Origin: Dehalococcoidia bacterium
GTDB lineage: Bacteria; Chloroflexota; Dehalococcoidia; Bin125
Length of the DNA: 64,000 bases
Assembly: GCA_963663235.2 (NCBI GenBank)
Contig: CAXXNO010000012.1
Coordinates: forward strand, 96,001-160,000
Direction: 5' to 3'
Shown: positions 11,747 through 21,517 of the stretch, piece after piece
Layout: each line of letters starts with the position of its first letter
How positions within the stretch are numbered: position 1 is the stretch's first letter
Program-made: the position numbers and the translations under genes
The notes under the pieces: model-generated
Database searches by the model: none
The model's input: the letters and a program-made list of their open reading frames with translations, nothing else
Told to the model about the DNA's origin: nothing

Positions 11747-12254
11747 GGGATCGGAGGTCGATCGCCACCGCGATTTCATCGCAGCGGGCGTACTTGGGGC
11801 AGCGCAGGCACTCGTTCCAGACCTTGCGCGGGAAGCTGGAGACCGCCGCCAGGTCAAAGCCGCACTTCTGGAAGAACTCCGGGCTGGTGGTGAGAGCGAA
11901 GACCGTCTTCAGTCCGAGCGTCAGCGCCTCCTCCAAGCAGGCCTCCACGACGACGCTGCCGAGGCCGCTGCCCTGATAGTCGGGGTCGACCACCAGCGAC
12001 TTGATCTCCGCCAGGTCCTTCCACTCGATGTGCAAGGCGCCGGCGGCGGCGAGGCGGTCGCCGTCGCGGACGACGACGAAGTCGCGCAGCGACTCGTAGA
12101 TCTCGCCCTCGGTGCGGGGGAGGACGACATCGGTCTTGACCCAATGCTCGATCAGGCGGTGGATGGCGGGCACATCGAAGACGCGCGCCTTTTCCGCGGC
12201 CAGCGCGGGCCGAGGCTTCGCCGCCGTCGGGGAAGGGCCGTCCGCCATCAGCAT
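11730..12254 (-). CDS. GNAT N-acetyltransferase, short ArgA-like amino-acid acetyltransferase
   Basis: LPR...IYESLRDF, WKDLAEIKSL, QGSGLG, FALT, PRKVWNECLRCPK...CDE. Confidence 0.82.
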   Translation of the reverse strand: MLMADGPSPTAAKPRPALAAEKARVFDVPAIHRLIEHWVKTDVVLPRTEGEIYESLRDFVVVRDGDRLAAAGALHIEWKDLAEIKSLVVDPDYQGSGLGSVVVEACLEEALTLGLKTVFALTTSPEFFQKCGFDLAAVSSFPRKVWNECLRCPKYARCDEIAVAIDLRSRAGSR

Positions 12255-12387
12255 CCACTCCTCGGCGATCGGCTCAGCGTTGCGCCGAGCGACAGGACCG
12301 AGACGTACACCTTACTCGATGCGGAGGAAGGGAGCCGTCCACACGGTCACACGCGGGGACCTGATGGCGATGCGCAGAGAGGGCCGC

Positions 12388-13293
12388 TCAAGCGGGCCGC
12401 TGTGGATCGATCTCCGGCGCGGTCGCGGTTGGGTCGATCGGGCGCCGGTGCTCGAACCAGGAGAGGCGATCACCCAAATGCGCATAGAACGGTCTGGGCC
12501 AGAAGCGGAGCAGGCGGGCGACGTGGCTGCTGCGCCCGACCTCGACCACGCACTCCGGCGTCATGCAGTAGTCGCCCTGGCCATCGACGCTCAGCGAGGC
12601 GTTGCCGTCGGAGGCAAGGGAAAGGCGGACGGTGGCGTTCTCCGGCAGCACCAGAGGCCCGGAAACGGCGAGGTGGGCGGCGACCGGCGTCACCACCAAG
12701 TTGCGGGCCGAGGGGTGGAGGATGGGACCGCCGCCCGAGAGGGAGTAGCCGGTGCTGCCGGTCGCCGTGGCGACGACGACGGCGTCGGCGCGAAAGCCTC
12801 CCACCAGGGCGCCGTCCACCTCGACATCGACCATCACCGGGCGTCCGACCGAGGAACGGCCGACGATCACGTCGTTGAGGGCGTGGGCGAGCCCCGGCGC
12901 GTCCGGGATGGAAAAGCCCGTGAGGCGGACGTCGATCATCGCCCGCTCTTCGATCCGGAAGTGGCCCGCGAGCACCTGGTGCAAGTTCTTGCGCAGCTCG
13001 TCCGGCGTGAACTCGGTGAGGAAAGCGACGCGTCCCATATCGACGCCCAGGATGGGGATCGGGTGGGGGACCACCGCCCGGGCGGCGCGGAGCACCGTGC
13101 CGTCGCCACCGACACAGACGAGCAAGTCGGTGCCGGGCAGGTCGCGGGTGGAGGCCACCGGATCCCAGGCGGAAGCGATCCAGACGGCGGGCACGGTGGG
13201 CGCCAAGAGGTCGCGAAGCTCCGCAGCGAAGGCGAGCGCGGGCTCGAAGGTCGGGCGGTGGTAGATCCCGACCTTGCGAAAGTCGCCGGCCAT
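12388..13293 (-). CDS. nadK: NAD(+) kinase
   Basis: GGDGTVL, ALND, ATATGSTGYSLSGGGP, DGQ motifs; ATG at 13293. Confidence 0.93.
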   Translation of the reverse strand: MAGDFRKVGIYHRPTFEPALAFAAELRDLLAPTVPAVWIASAWDPVASTRDLPGTDLLVCVGGDGTVLRAARAVVPHPIPILGVDMGRVAFLTEFTPDELRKNLHQVLAGHFRIEERAMIDVRLTGFSIPDAPGLAHALNDVIVGRSSVGRPVMVDVEVDGALVGGFRADAVVVATATGSTGYSLSGGGPILHPSARNLVVTPVAAHLAVSGPLVLPENATVRLSLASDGNASLSVDGQGDYCMTPECVVEVGRSSHVARLLRFWPRPFYAHLGDRLSWFEHRRPIDPTATAPEIDPQRPA

Positions 13294-14039
13294 CAGCAGT
13301 GGTCTTCCTTGGAGCCGGGCGTGCGCAACCAGACAAAGACCTCGCGGTTGCCGGCCGGGCCGGTGAGCGGCGAGGCGAGCACCCCCCCAACCCGCCAATC
13401 GCGGCCCAAGGCCCACGTGGCCACGGCCGCCACCGCCTCAGCGCGATGGCGAGGATCGCGGACGACGCCGCCCTTGCCCAGCGCCTCGCGGGCGGCCTCG
13501 AATTGCGGCTTGACCAGCGCGACCACGTCCGCGCCCGGCCGCGCCACCGCGGCAACCGAAGGCAGCACGGCGCGCAGGGAGATGAATGAGAGGTCGAGGG
13601 TGACCAGTGTCGGAGGCGGGTCAAGCGGGGGCAGCGCGCGAGCGTTGGTGCGTTCCAGCACCACGACGCGGGGGTCGGCGCGGAGCGAGGCCGCCAACTG
13701 GCCCCGCCCGACATCGATGGCGTAGACGCGGGCCGCTCCGCGCTGGAGGAGGCAGTCGGTGAAGCCGCCCGTGCTGGCTCCCACGTCGGCGCAGACGGCG
13801 CTCTGCACCGGCAACGGCCACGCCTGAAGCGCGGCGCGGAGCTTGCGCCCTCCGCGGGAGACGAACTCCGGATCCGGGCTCACGTCGAGCGGCGCATCAT
13901 CGGCGAGGAGCAGGCCCGGCTTGGCGTAGGTGCGACCGTTGCCGCGGACACGACGCGCCATCACCAGCGCACGAGCGCGTTCACCACTGGGCGCCAGGCC
14001 TCGATCGATCAAGAGTTGGTCAAGTCGCCGCTTGGGCAC
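13293..14039 (-). CDS. tlyA: TlyA family rRNA 2'-O-methyltransferase
   Basis: KRRLDQLL, FVSRGGRKL, DVGASTGGFTDCLLQRGA, DLSFISL, LVKPQFE, GNRE. Confidence 0.93.
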   Translation of the reverse strand: MPKRRLDQLLIDRGLAPSGERARALVMARRVRGNGRTYAKPGLLLADDAPLDVSPDPEFVSRGGRKLRAALQAWPLPVQSAVCADVGASTGGFTDCLLQRGAARVYAIDVGRGQLAASLRADPRVVVLERTNARALPPLDPPPTLVTLDLSFISLRAVLPSVAAVARPGADVVALVKPQFEAAREALGKGGVVRDPRHRAEAVAAVATWALGRDWRVGGVLASPLTGPAGNREVFVWLRTPGSKEDHC

Positions 14040-14085
14040 GGCGTCAGCGTAGCAAGCAGAGCGCGGCCGCGAACACGGAGGAGCG

Positions 14086-15420
14086 CTAGGCGCTCTCTTG
14101 CTCCAGCGTCTCCGGCATCGGCTCTTCTTGGATGGGAGGCTGAAAATCCACGACCGAACCGGCGGCCGTGAAGAGGACCGGGCGGCGGTGATGGAGGACG
14201 GCATCCGGTCCCACCACGCATCGGCGGACCTCGGGGCGGCTGGGGATGTCGAACATCACATCGAGGAGCAGGTCCTCCAGCACGGTGCGCAACCCTCGGG
14301 CGCCGGTGGTTTCGCGCAGGGCGACATCGGCGATGGCCTCCAGGGCTTCGGGAGAGATGACCAGTTCCACGTTGTCCAGAGCAAAGAAGCGCTGGAATTG
14401 CCGCACGAGGGCGTTCTTGGGCTCGGTGAGAATCTGTATGAGGTCGTCGCGATCGAGCGGGTCGAGGGCCACGGCCAGCGGCAGGCGGCCGACGAACTCG
14501 GGGATGAGCCCGTACTTGAGCAGGTCGTCGTGGGTGAGCTCGCGGAGAAGGTTGCTGGTGTCGTGCAGCGACGGCGGCGTGGCGCCGAAACCGAGGGCGC
14601 TCCCGCGGCCGATGCGGCGTTCGATCAAGGCCTCGATCCCCTCAAAGGCGCCGCCGCAGATGAAGAGGATCTTGGAGGTATCGATCTGGAGGAAGTCCTG
14701 GTGGGGGTGCTTGCGGCCACCCTGCGGCGGGACAGAGGCGATGGTGCCCTCGATGATCTTCAACAACGCCTGCTGGACACCCTCCCCGGACACGTCGCGC
14801 GTGATCGAGGGGTTGTCGGCCTTGCGCGTGACCTTATCGATCTCGTCGATGTAGACGATGCCACGCTCGGCGCGCTGGATGTCGAAATCGGCGGATTGGA
14901 TGAGGTGGAGGAGGATGTTCTCCACATCCTCGCCGACGTAGCCCGCCTCCGTCAGGGCGGTGGCATCAGCGATGGAGAAGGGGACATCCAGGATCTTCGC
15001 CAGCGTGCGGGCGAGGAGCGTCTTGCCGGATCCGGTCGGCCCGACGAGCAGGATATTGCTCTTTTCAAGCTCGACTTCGCCGGAGCCGGCCTCCTCGCCG
15101 ATGCGCTTGTAGTGGTTGTAGACCGCGACGGAGAGGACCTTCTTGGCCTGCTCCTGCCCGATGACGTACTCCTCCAGGCGCGCGTAGATGTCCTGCGGCG
15201 GGAGGGGCTTGGTCTCAGCCAGAGCGCCGGGCGCGGTCTTAGCGCGGTCGGTGGTGGAGGCGCCGGACTCCTCCACGATGATCTCGCGGCACAGATCCAC
15301 GCACTCATCGCAGATGTAGACCGCCCCGGGTCCGGCGATCAGGCGCTTGACCTGGTCCTGATTCTTGCCGCAGAAGGAGCAGTGATACTGCGTGCGACCG
15401 CTGCTGCGAGTACTGGTCAC
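14086..15420 (-). CDS. clpX: ATP-dependent Clp protease ATP-binding subunit ClpX
   Basis: CSFCGK zinc finger, [28 protein letters not shown]. Confidence 0.97.
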   Translation of the reverse strand: MTSTRSSGRTQYHCSFCGKNQDQVKRLIAGPGAVYICDECVDLCREIIVEESGASTTDRAKTAPGALAETKPLPPQDIYARLEEYVIGQEQAKKVLSVAVYNHYKRIGEEAGSGEVELEKSNILLVGPTGSGKTLLARTLAKILDVPFSIADATALTEAGYVGEDVENILLHLIQSADFDIQRAERGIVYIDEIDKVTRKADNPSITRDVSGEGVQQALLKIIEGTIASVPPQGGRKHPHQDFLQIDTSKILFICGGAFEGIEALIERRIGRGSALGFGATPPSLHDTSNLLRELTHDDLLKYGLIPEFVGRLPLAVALDPLDRDDLIQILTEPKNALVRQFQRFFALDNVELVISPEALEAIADVALRETTGARGLRTVLEDLLLDVMFDIPSRPEVRRCVVGPDAVLHHRRPVLFTAAGSVVDFQPPIQEEPMPETLEQESA

Positions 15421-15455
15421 CGCTGCCTCCCCCGTCTCTCGACCGCCGCCCGTCC

Positions 15456-16088
15456 TCAGGAGGCCGCCTTGACCTCCGCATCGCCTTCGGGCGCCTGGAG
15501 CACCTCATCCACCAGGCCGTACTCCTTGGCCTGCGCGGCGTCCAGATAGAAGTCGCGGTCGGTATCGCGCTTGATCACATCCAGGGACTGGCCCGTGTGC
15601 TTGGCCAGGATGCCGCGGATGATCTCGTTGTTACGGATAATCTCCCGAGCCGCGATCTCAACATCGGATGCTTGCCCCCGCGCACCGCCCGTCGCCTGGT
15701 GCATATGGATCGTGGCGTTGGGCAGCGCGAACCGCTTGCCGTGGGCCCCCGCCGTCAGGAGGACGGTCCCCATCGAGGCGGACATCCCTACACAGATAGT
15801 CGACACCGCGGGGCGGATCAGTTGCATGGTGTCGTAGATTGCCAGACCGGCGGAGATGACCCCACCGGGGCTGTGGATGTACATGTTGATGTCGCGGTCG
15901 GCGTCCTCGCGCTCCAGGTAGAGGAGTTGGGCGATGATCAGGTTGGCCACCTGATCATCGATGGGGCTCCCGACGAAGAGGATGCGCTCCCGCAGGAGCA
16001 GCGAGTAGATATCGTAGGCGCGCTCGCCGCGACTCGAAGTCTCCACGACCATCGGCACGATGTTGGCTGGAACGACCGGGTTCATCAT
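15456..16088 (-). CDS. clpP: ATP-dependent Clp protease proteolytic subunit
   Basis: [27 protein letters not shown] motifs. Confidence 0.97.
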   Translation of the reverse strand: MMNPVVPANIVPMVVETSSRGERAYDIYSLLLRERILFVGSPIDDQVANLIIAQLLYLEREDADRDINMYIHSPGGVISAGLAIYDTMQLIRPAVSTICVGMSASMGTVLLTAGAHGKRFALPNATIHMHQATGGARGQASDVEIAAREIIRNNEIIRGILAKHTGQSLDVIKRDTDRDFYLDAAQAKEYGLVDEVLQAPEGDAEVKAAS

Positions 16089-17434
16089 TCACTCCTTGCT
16101 TCCGTCGGCACAGAAGAGGCCGACTCCGCGTCCACGTCCTCGCCGGCGGGCGCCGCGCGCTGAGCCGCGGCGGCGGCCCCGGCCAACGCGACCAGATGCT
16201 CCAGGGTCCGGCTAGTGATCAGATTCTGGCGGATGATGCCGCGGCCGTTCTCGCTGTCGAACACCGCGCGTACCTGTTCGGCCTGCGGCCCATCGCCGGA
16301 AACGCGGGCGATTTCGGTCTCGATGTCGGGGTCGGAGACGGTGATCTCCTCCGCTTTTGTCAGTTCCGAGAGGACCAGGCTCTGCTGGACCCGCTTGGCA
16401 GCATCGGGCCGGAGGGTGGCGGCGAGCTCCTTGGGGTCCTGGCCGAGCCCTTGCAGGTAGGCATCCAGGCTCTGGCCGCGCGTGCGGGCCGCATCCGCGA
16501 GCATGTGCTCGATCTCGCGGTCCACCAGCATGGGAGGAAACTCCACCGTGGCCTGCTGCACCGCCTCCGCCAGCACCGCGTCCTTGAAGGCGCCCTGCAC
16601 CCGCGCCGTTTCTTGCTCGCGGAGATCGGTGGTGATGCGCAGGCGCAGAGCATCGAGGGAGTCGAAATCGCCGACCTCGCCGGCGAAGTGGTCATCCAGA
16701 TCGGGCAAGATCTCCTGCTTGAGCTCGTGGATGGTGAGGTGAAAGGTCACCGTCTCGCCCGCGAGCTCTTGATTCTCCACGTCCTGCGGGAGGGCAATCT
16801 CAAGCTGGTGATCCGTGCCGGTCTCCAGCCCCACGATCTGCTCGGCAAGACCGGGGACCACCACCTCCGTGCCTTCTCGCAGCGAGAACTCCACATTGTC
16901 CTCGCGGGCGAAGGTGCGGTCCTTGAGTACGCCGCGGATGTCGAGACGGAGGCGGTCGTTGTACTGCACGGGGCGGTCCACGGGCTCCAAGACGGCGTGC
17001 TGACGCCGGAGACCCAAGACGGTCTCGGCGATGCGATCATCGTTTACGACGACGGGCTCCGATTCCAAGGCGATGGAACGGTAGTCGCCCAGTTCCACCT
17101 TGGGTTGCAGCGGGACCGTGGCCTTGAAGCGCATGGGCTCCAGGGTGAGGATCTCCACCTCGGGCGGGCCGATGGGCTCCAGCTCGTGCTCGCGGAGGGC
17201 TTCGTCGTAGGCCTCCGGCACCATGTGATCGACGGCCTCTTGGAGCAGGCGATCGCGCCCCAGGGTGCGTTCCACCAATGCGCGCGGCGCCTTGCCCGGG
17301 CGGAAGCCGGGGATCTTGGCGTTGGAGGCGAGGCGGCGGTACGCCCAGGTCATCGAGCGCTGGAAGCGCTCATCGTCCACTTCCACCTCGAGGACGACGC
17401 GCGCCTCCGGGATCGATTCGGCGGTCACTTTCAT
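16085..17434 (-). CDS. tig: Trigger factor
   Basis: [10 protein letters not shown] ribosome-binding motif; tig-clpP-clpX order; ATG at 17434. Confidence 0.93.
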   Translation of the reverse strand: MKVTAESIPEARVVLEVEVDDERFQRSMTWAYRRLASNAKIPGFRPGKAPRALVERTLGRDRLLQEAVDHMVPEAYDEALREHELEPIGPPEVEILTLEPMRFKATVPLQPKVELGDYRSIALESEPVVVNDDRIAETVLGLRRQHAVLEPVDRPVQYNDRLRLDIRGVLKDRTFAREDNVEFSLREGTEVVVPGLAEQIVGLETGTDHQLEIALPQDVENQELAGETVTFHLTIHELKQEILPDLDDHFAGEVGDFDSLDALRLRITTDLREQETARVQGAFKDAVLAEAVQQATVEFPPMLVDREIEHMLADAARTRGQSLDAYLQGLGQDPKELAATLRPDAAKRVQQSLVLSELTKAEEITVSDPDIETEIARVSGDGPQAEQVRAVFDSENGRGIIRQNLITSRTLEHLVALAGAAAAAQRAAPAGEDVDAESASSVPTEARSE

Positions 17435-17516
17435 ACGAAGTAATGGGACTCCCGTGCACCGAGTATAGCAGCGGGTGCGGCGTCGATCAGAGTCAGGGAG
17501 GCCCGAGGTGGAGGCG

Positions 17517-18701
17517 CTATCGCCCCCTAGGGTTGACGACATCGTTGACGGCGTCGCCGAGGAGATTGAAGGAGAAGATCAGCACCGCGAGGATGAATCC
17601 GGGCACCAGGAGCATGTGGGGGTGGAGGTTTAAGGTCGAGACGCCGCCGGCGTCGTCGATCATTGCGCCGAAGGAGGCGGTGGGGGGCTGGACGCCGATG
17701 CCCAAAAAGGTGAGGGCGACCTCGAGGGCGGCGATGGCGCCGAGGCTGGCGCTGATGCCGACGACGATCCAGGGGAGGACCCCGGGCAGGAGATGGCGGA
17801 TGAGGATGCGGGTGGTGCGCGCGCCGATGGACTCGGCGGCGAGGACAAACTCCTCCTCGCGCAGGGCGAAGACCTGGGCGCGGACGAAGCGCGCGGTGGA
17901 GACCCAGCCAAAGATGGAGAAGGCGAAGAACAAGAGAGCGAAGTCGTCGATGCCCTGATCGATAAGGAATGAAGTGCCGAAGAAGTCGTCGATGGCTTCG
18001 AACCATTCGGTCCGGCGGTCGCGGAGGGAGGCATTCACGACGATCAGGACGAGCAGTGCGGGGATGGCGAGCACGACATCGCCGACGCGCATGATGACGG
18101 CGTCCACCAAGCCGCCGAGATAGCCCGCGAGCAAACCCAGGCCGAGCCCCAGGAAGACGTTGCCGAAGAGAAAGGCCAGCACCGTGATGATCAGCGTGGT
18201 GCGGGCGGCGAAGAGGGCGCGGCTGAACAGATCGCGCCCCACGCGATCGGTGCCGAAGAGGTGCTGAGAGGAAGGGCCCTGCAGCGCCTGATCTTCCTTG
18301 AGGACGAAGGTTGTGCCGGGCGGCACCACGGCATCGCGGGTGAGGAGGCCCGTCTCGGCTTCGATCTCCGCGACGAGGCCGGGGTTGAGGGCAAGCACCG
18401 TGTCCAGAGCGACGCCGTGGCGATCCAGGTAGGAGCCGAGGGGCTCGACCCGGCCATCGATCTCGCGAATGGGGCGGCGCTCGGTGAGGTTGGTGGCCAG
18501 GGGATCCTGGAGGCCGGTAGGCGCGCCGAAGGCGTCGAGCAAGGTGTAGGCGCCAGCGCCGTAGATGAGCGCGATCAAGCTCATCGCGATCATCGCCACC
18601 TTCTTGCGGCGGAGGGCGCGCCAGGCGCGACGCCAGGGGGACTCGGCGGCGGGCGCTACGCCGAAGTCAATACCGGAGGCGCCGGCTTCCGCGATGGTCA
18701 C
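17517..18701 (-). CDS. Peptide ABC transporter permease (OppC/DppC) with extracytoplasmic insertion
   Basis: SPWRRAW, HLFGTDRVGRDLFSR, EFVLAAESIGA...RHLLP, FNLLGD. Confidence 0.9.
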   Translation of the reverse strand: MTIAEAGASGIDFGVAPAAESPWRRAWRALRRKKVAMIAMSLIALIYGAGAYTLLDAFGAPTGLQDPLATNLTERRPIREIDGRVEPLGSYLDRHGVALDTVLALNPGLVAEIEAETGLLTRDAVVPPGTTFVLKEDQALQGPSSQHLFGTDRVGRDLFSRALFAARTTLIITVLAFLFGNVFLGLGLGLLAGYLGGLVDAVIMRVGDVVLAIPALLVLIVVNASLRDRRTEWFEAIDDFFGTSFLIDQGIDDFALLFFAFSIFGWVSTARFVRAQVFALREEEFVLAAESIGARTTRILIRHLLPGVLPWIVVGISASLGAIAALEVALTFLGIGVQPPTASFGAMIDDAGGVSTLNLHPHMLLVPGFILAVLIFSFNLLGDAVNDVVNPRGR

Positions 18702-19684
18702 TGGGACCGCCGTGAGTAGCGGATGCGCGGGTCGATGAAGACGTAAGCGATATCGATGACGAGATTGGCGAAGACGAAGATGGTGGCCACGAGCAAGGTA
18801 AAGGCGAGCAGCACGTTGAAGTCGCGCTGGCCGATGGCTCGAAAGACGAAGGCGCCGACGCCGGGCACGCCGTACAGCGTCTCGACGAAGATTGAGCCGC
18901 CCACGACCGAGACGATGCTCAAGGCGAAGACGGTGCTGACGGGCAAGAGCGAGTTGCGCAGCACGTGGCGATAGACCACCGTGCGCGGCCCGAGGCCCTT
19001 GGCATGCGCGGTGCGCACGTAGTCTTGGTCGAGGACGGTGAGGACGCTGGCGCGGACGAAGCGCGCCATGCCGGCCAGGCTGGGCAGGGTCAGGGCGGTG
19101 AGGGGGATGATGTAGGAGGCCGCGTTGCCGGGAATCCAGAAGGAGGGCACATCGAGGCCGAAGAGGCGGATGACATCGTCCAGGCCGAAGACAAGCAGCC
19201 AGGTGAAGAGGGGAATGAAGACGATCGTGGGGATGGCATCAAAGATCATGAAGAAGCCGATGGTTGCGGGGTCCTTCCAAGTGCCGCGGTTCATGGCGGC
19301 GAAGACGCCGAGGGGGATGCCGAGGAGGAAAATGAGGGCGAGCGAGATCAGGCCCAACCGCGCGGAGACCCAGATCCGGCCGCTCAGCAGCTCCCAAACA
19401 GTGCGCTGGGGGCTGCGGTTGAAGTAGGAGAGGCCGAAATCGCCGCGGGTGACGACGCCCCATGTGTAATCGCCGAAGCGCTCAACGAAGCCGCCGTTCA
19501 GGCCGAACTCCTCGCGGATGCGCTCGGCGACCTCGGGGTCGGGCTGGCGGGAGCCGGTGATGATGCGAACGGGGTCGCCGGGGGCGATCTGGGTGAAAGC
19601 GAAGGTGATGAGGAGGACGGCGAACAGGATCGGCGGCACCAGGAGAAGCCGCCGAACGATGAACGGAAGCAGGCCGCCTGCCAT
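18698..19684 (-). CDS. Peptide ABC transporter permease (OppB/DppB)
   Basis: APGDP, GDFGLSY, QDYVRTAHAKGL, RHVLRNS, IDPRIR. Confidence 0.92.
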   Translation of the reverse strand: MAGGLLPFIVRRLLLVPPILFAVLLITFAFTQIAPGDPVRIITGSRQPDPEVAERIREEFGLNGGFVERFGDYTWGVVTRGDFGLSYFNRSPQRTVWELLSGRIWVSARLGLISLALIFLLGIPLGVFAAMNRGTWKDPATIGFFMIFDAIPTIVFIPLFTWLLVFGLDDVIRLFGLDVPSFWIPGNAASYIIPLTALTLPSLAGMARFVRASVLTVLDQDYVRTAHAKGLGPRTVVYRHVLRNSLLPVSTVFALSIVSVVGGSIFVETLYGVPGVGAFVFRAIGQRDFNVLLAFTLLVATIFVFANLVIDIAYVFIDPRIRYSRRSQ

Positions 19685-19711
19685 AGCTCCCTTTGCCAGC
19701 GCGCGGCGCGG

Positions 19712-21463
19712 CTATTCGGTGAGCGTGATGAAGCGAAGGTAGGGGATCACGATGCGAGGCGGCGTGTAGCCCTGCACGTAGGGCTTCACGAGCTCGTTGG
19801 CTTGCCCGAAGAAGAGGGGCAGCCAAGGCGCGTCCTGGACGATGACGGTTTCCGCTTGGCGGTAGAGGCGGATGCGCTCATCGAGGTCCGACTCAACCCG
19901 GGCGGCCTCCAGGATCGCATCGACGTCGGGATTGGAGTAGCCGGTGTTGTTCTGGAGCGAGCGGCTGTGGAAGAGGAGATCGAGGAAGTTCTCGGGGTCG
20001 GGGTAGTCGGCGATCCAGCCGATGTTGAACATCTGGTAGAGGCCCCGGTCCAGCTCCGAGTAGAAAGTGGCGGTCTCCACCTGCTGGATCTGGACCTCCA
20101 CGCCAAGGTTGTCCAGCCACATCTGCTGCATCGCCTCGATCACCGGGCCGGGCGTGGCGCCCAGGCCAGAGATGGTGAGCCGAACGGTGGGGAGACGGCC
20201 GGCGTAGGAGGAGTCGTCCAGGAGCTCGCGGGCCAGCTCGGGGTCGAAGGGGAGGCCACGGAAATCGGGGTCGTAGGCCAGGATGCCGGGCGGGAGGATG
20301 CCTTCGGCGACGGGCAATGCGCCCATGAGGACCACCTCTTGCAGCGTCAGCTTGTCCAGCGCCATGCCGAAGGCCTGACGTACCAAGGGATCGTCGAAGG
20401 GGGGCTGGCGCACGTTGAAGCCGATGTAAGAGACCGAGAGCTCCGCGCGGTTGACGAACTCCGCGTTGAGGGAGTCGGCGGGGTCGCGGACGCGTTCGAT
20501 ATCGTTGACGCCGACGCCGGCGATGTCGACCTCGTCGTTCTCATACTGGGTGACGGCGCCGCCCGCGAAGCGGATGCGCACCGCATCGATGGTGGCGGGG
20601 CCCAGGTGGTAGCGGTCAAAGGGGACCAGGACCATCTGCTCGCCCAGTTGCCACTCCTGCACGCGGAAGGGCCCGGTGCCATTGGGGTCGCGGGCCCAGT
20701 TCTGGGGGTCGGCCTCGACCTGCTGGCGGTCGACGACGAAGGCGGTGGGATAGGTGAGCTTGGCCAGGAAGTACTCCTTGGGGGCGTCGACCGTGATGTC
20801 GATGGTGCGCTCGTCGATGACCTCGACGCCGGTGATCGCGTCGATGCGGCCGCGGATGTAGTCGCGCGCGCCGACGATGTCGCCGAGGTAGTCCTGGGCG
20901 GTGGGCGAGAAGGTATCGGGCGAGGCGTTGCGCTCCAGGCTCCACTTCACGTCGTCGGCGGTCACGCGCCGGTTGTTGTGGAAGAGGGCGTCGCGGCGGA
21001 GCACGAAGCGGTAGGTCACCGTTCCATCCGGGTTGTCGATGACCTCGGGGAGCGCTTCCGCCAGATCGGGGACGATATTGAGATCTTGATCCAGCGTGAC
21101 GAGGCCGCTGAAGAGCTCGACCACGTAGGAGGCGGAAGTCGCGTCCGTGACCAGGGCGGGGTCCAGGGTGATGGGCTCCTGGCGGGCGATGCGGAGCTCG
21201 CCGCTGACGCGGGGGGCCGCCGGAGCGGCGGATCCGCCCGGCTCTGCGTCCGCCTGCTCCACGGCCTGGGCGCCGGGCTCCGCCTGGGCTTGCGCGGAGC
21301 CATCGCGGTCTTCACGGGTGGTGCGGGCGCGGTCGGCGTCGTCGTCGTCGCCGCCGCCGCCACCGCAGGCGGCAGCCACGAGGGTGACGAGCAGCAGCAG
21401 CGCCATGGCAGCAGGCCAGCGTCTCGCCGCCACTCTCCATAGCCGATCGACGGTCATCCACAC
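19712..21463 (-). CDS. Peptide ABC transporter substrate-binding lipoprotein (family 5)
   Basis: AAAC lipobox, TLDPA, PDLAE, VTADDVKWS, GTGPF, PFDD..VRQA, WIADYPDP. Confidence 0.92.
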   Translation of the reverse strand: MWMTVDRLWRVAARRWPAAMALLLLVTLVAAACGGGGGDDDDADRARTTREDRDGSAQAQAEPGAQAVEQADAEPGGSAAPAAPRVSGELRIARQEPITLDPALVTDATSASYVVELFSGLVTLDQDLNIVPDLAEALPEVIDNPDGTVTYRFVLRRDALFHNNRRVTADDVKWSLERNASPDTFSPTAQDYLGDIVGARDYIRGRIDAITGVEVIDERTIDITVDAPKEYFLAKLTYPTAFVVDRQQVEADPQNWARDPNGTGPFRVQEWQLGEQMVLVPFDRYHLGPATIDAVRIRFAGGAVTQYENDEVDIAGVGVNDIERVRDPADSLNAEFVNRAELSVSYIGFNVRQPPFDDPLVRQAFGMALDKLTLQEVVLMGALPVAEGILPPGILAYDPDFRGLPFDPELARELLDDSSYAGRLPTVRLTISGLGATPGPVIEAMQQMWLDNLGVEVQIQQVETATFYSELDRGLYQMFNIGWIADYPDPENFLDLLFHSRSLQNNTGYSNPDVDAILEAARVESDLDERIRLYRQAETVIVQDAPWLPLFFGQANELVKPYVQGYTPPRIVIPYLRFITLTE

Positions 21464-21517
21464 ACCTCAGCTTCCAGACCGGCGCGATCGTATCACCCGC
21501 ATCAGCAGGTTCGCGCG

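Noticed and set aside
18965-21442. Long antisense ORFs (825 aa here; also 43247-45427, 14098-15549, 12112-13725, 16196-17443)
   Set aside because: Shadow frames opposite well-supported genes, expected with high-GC codon bias; no motifs.
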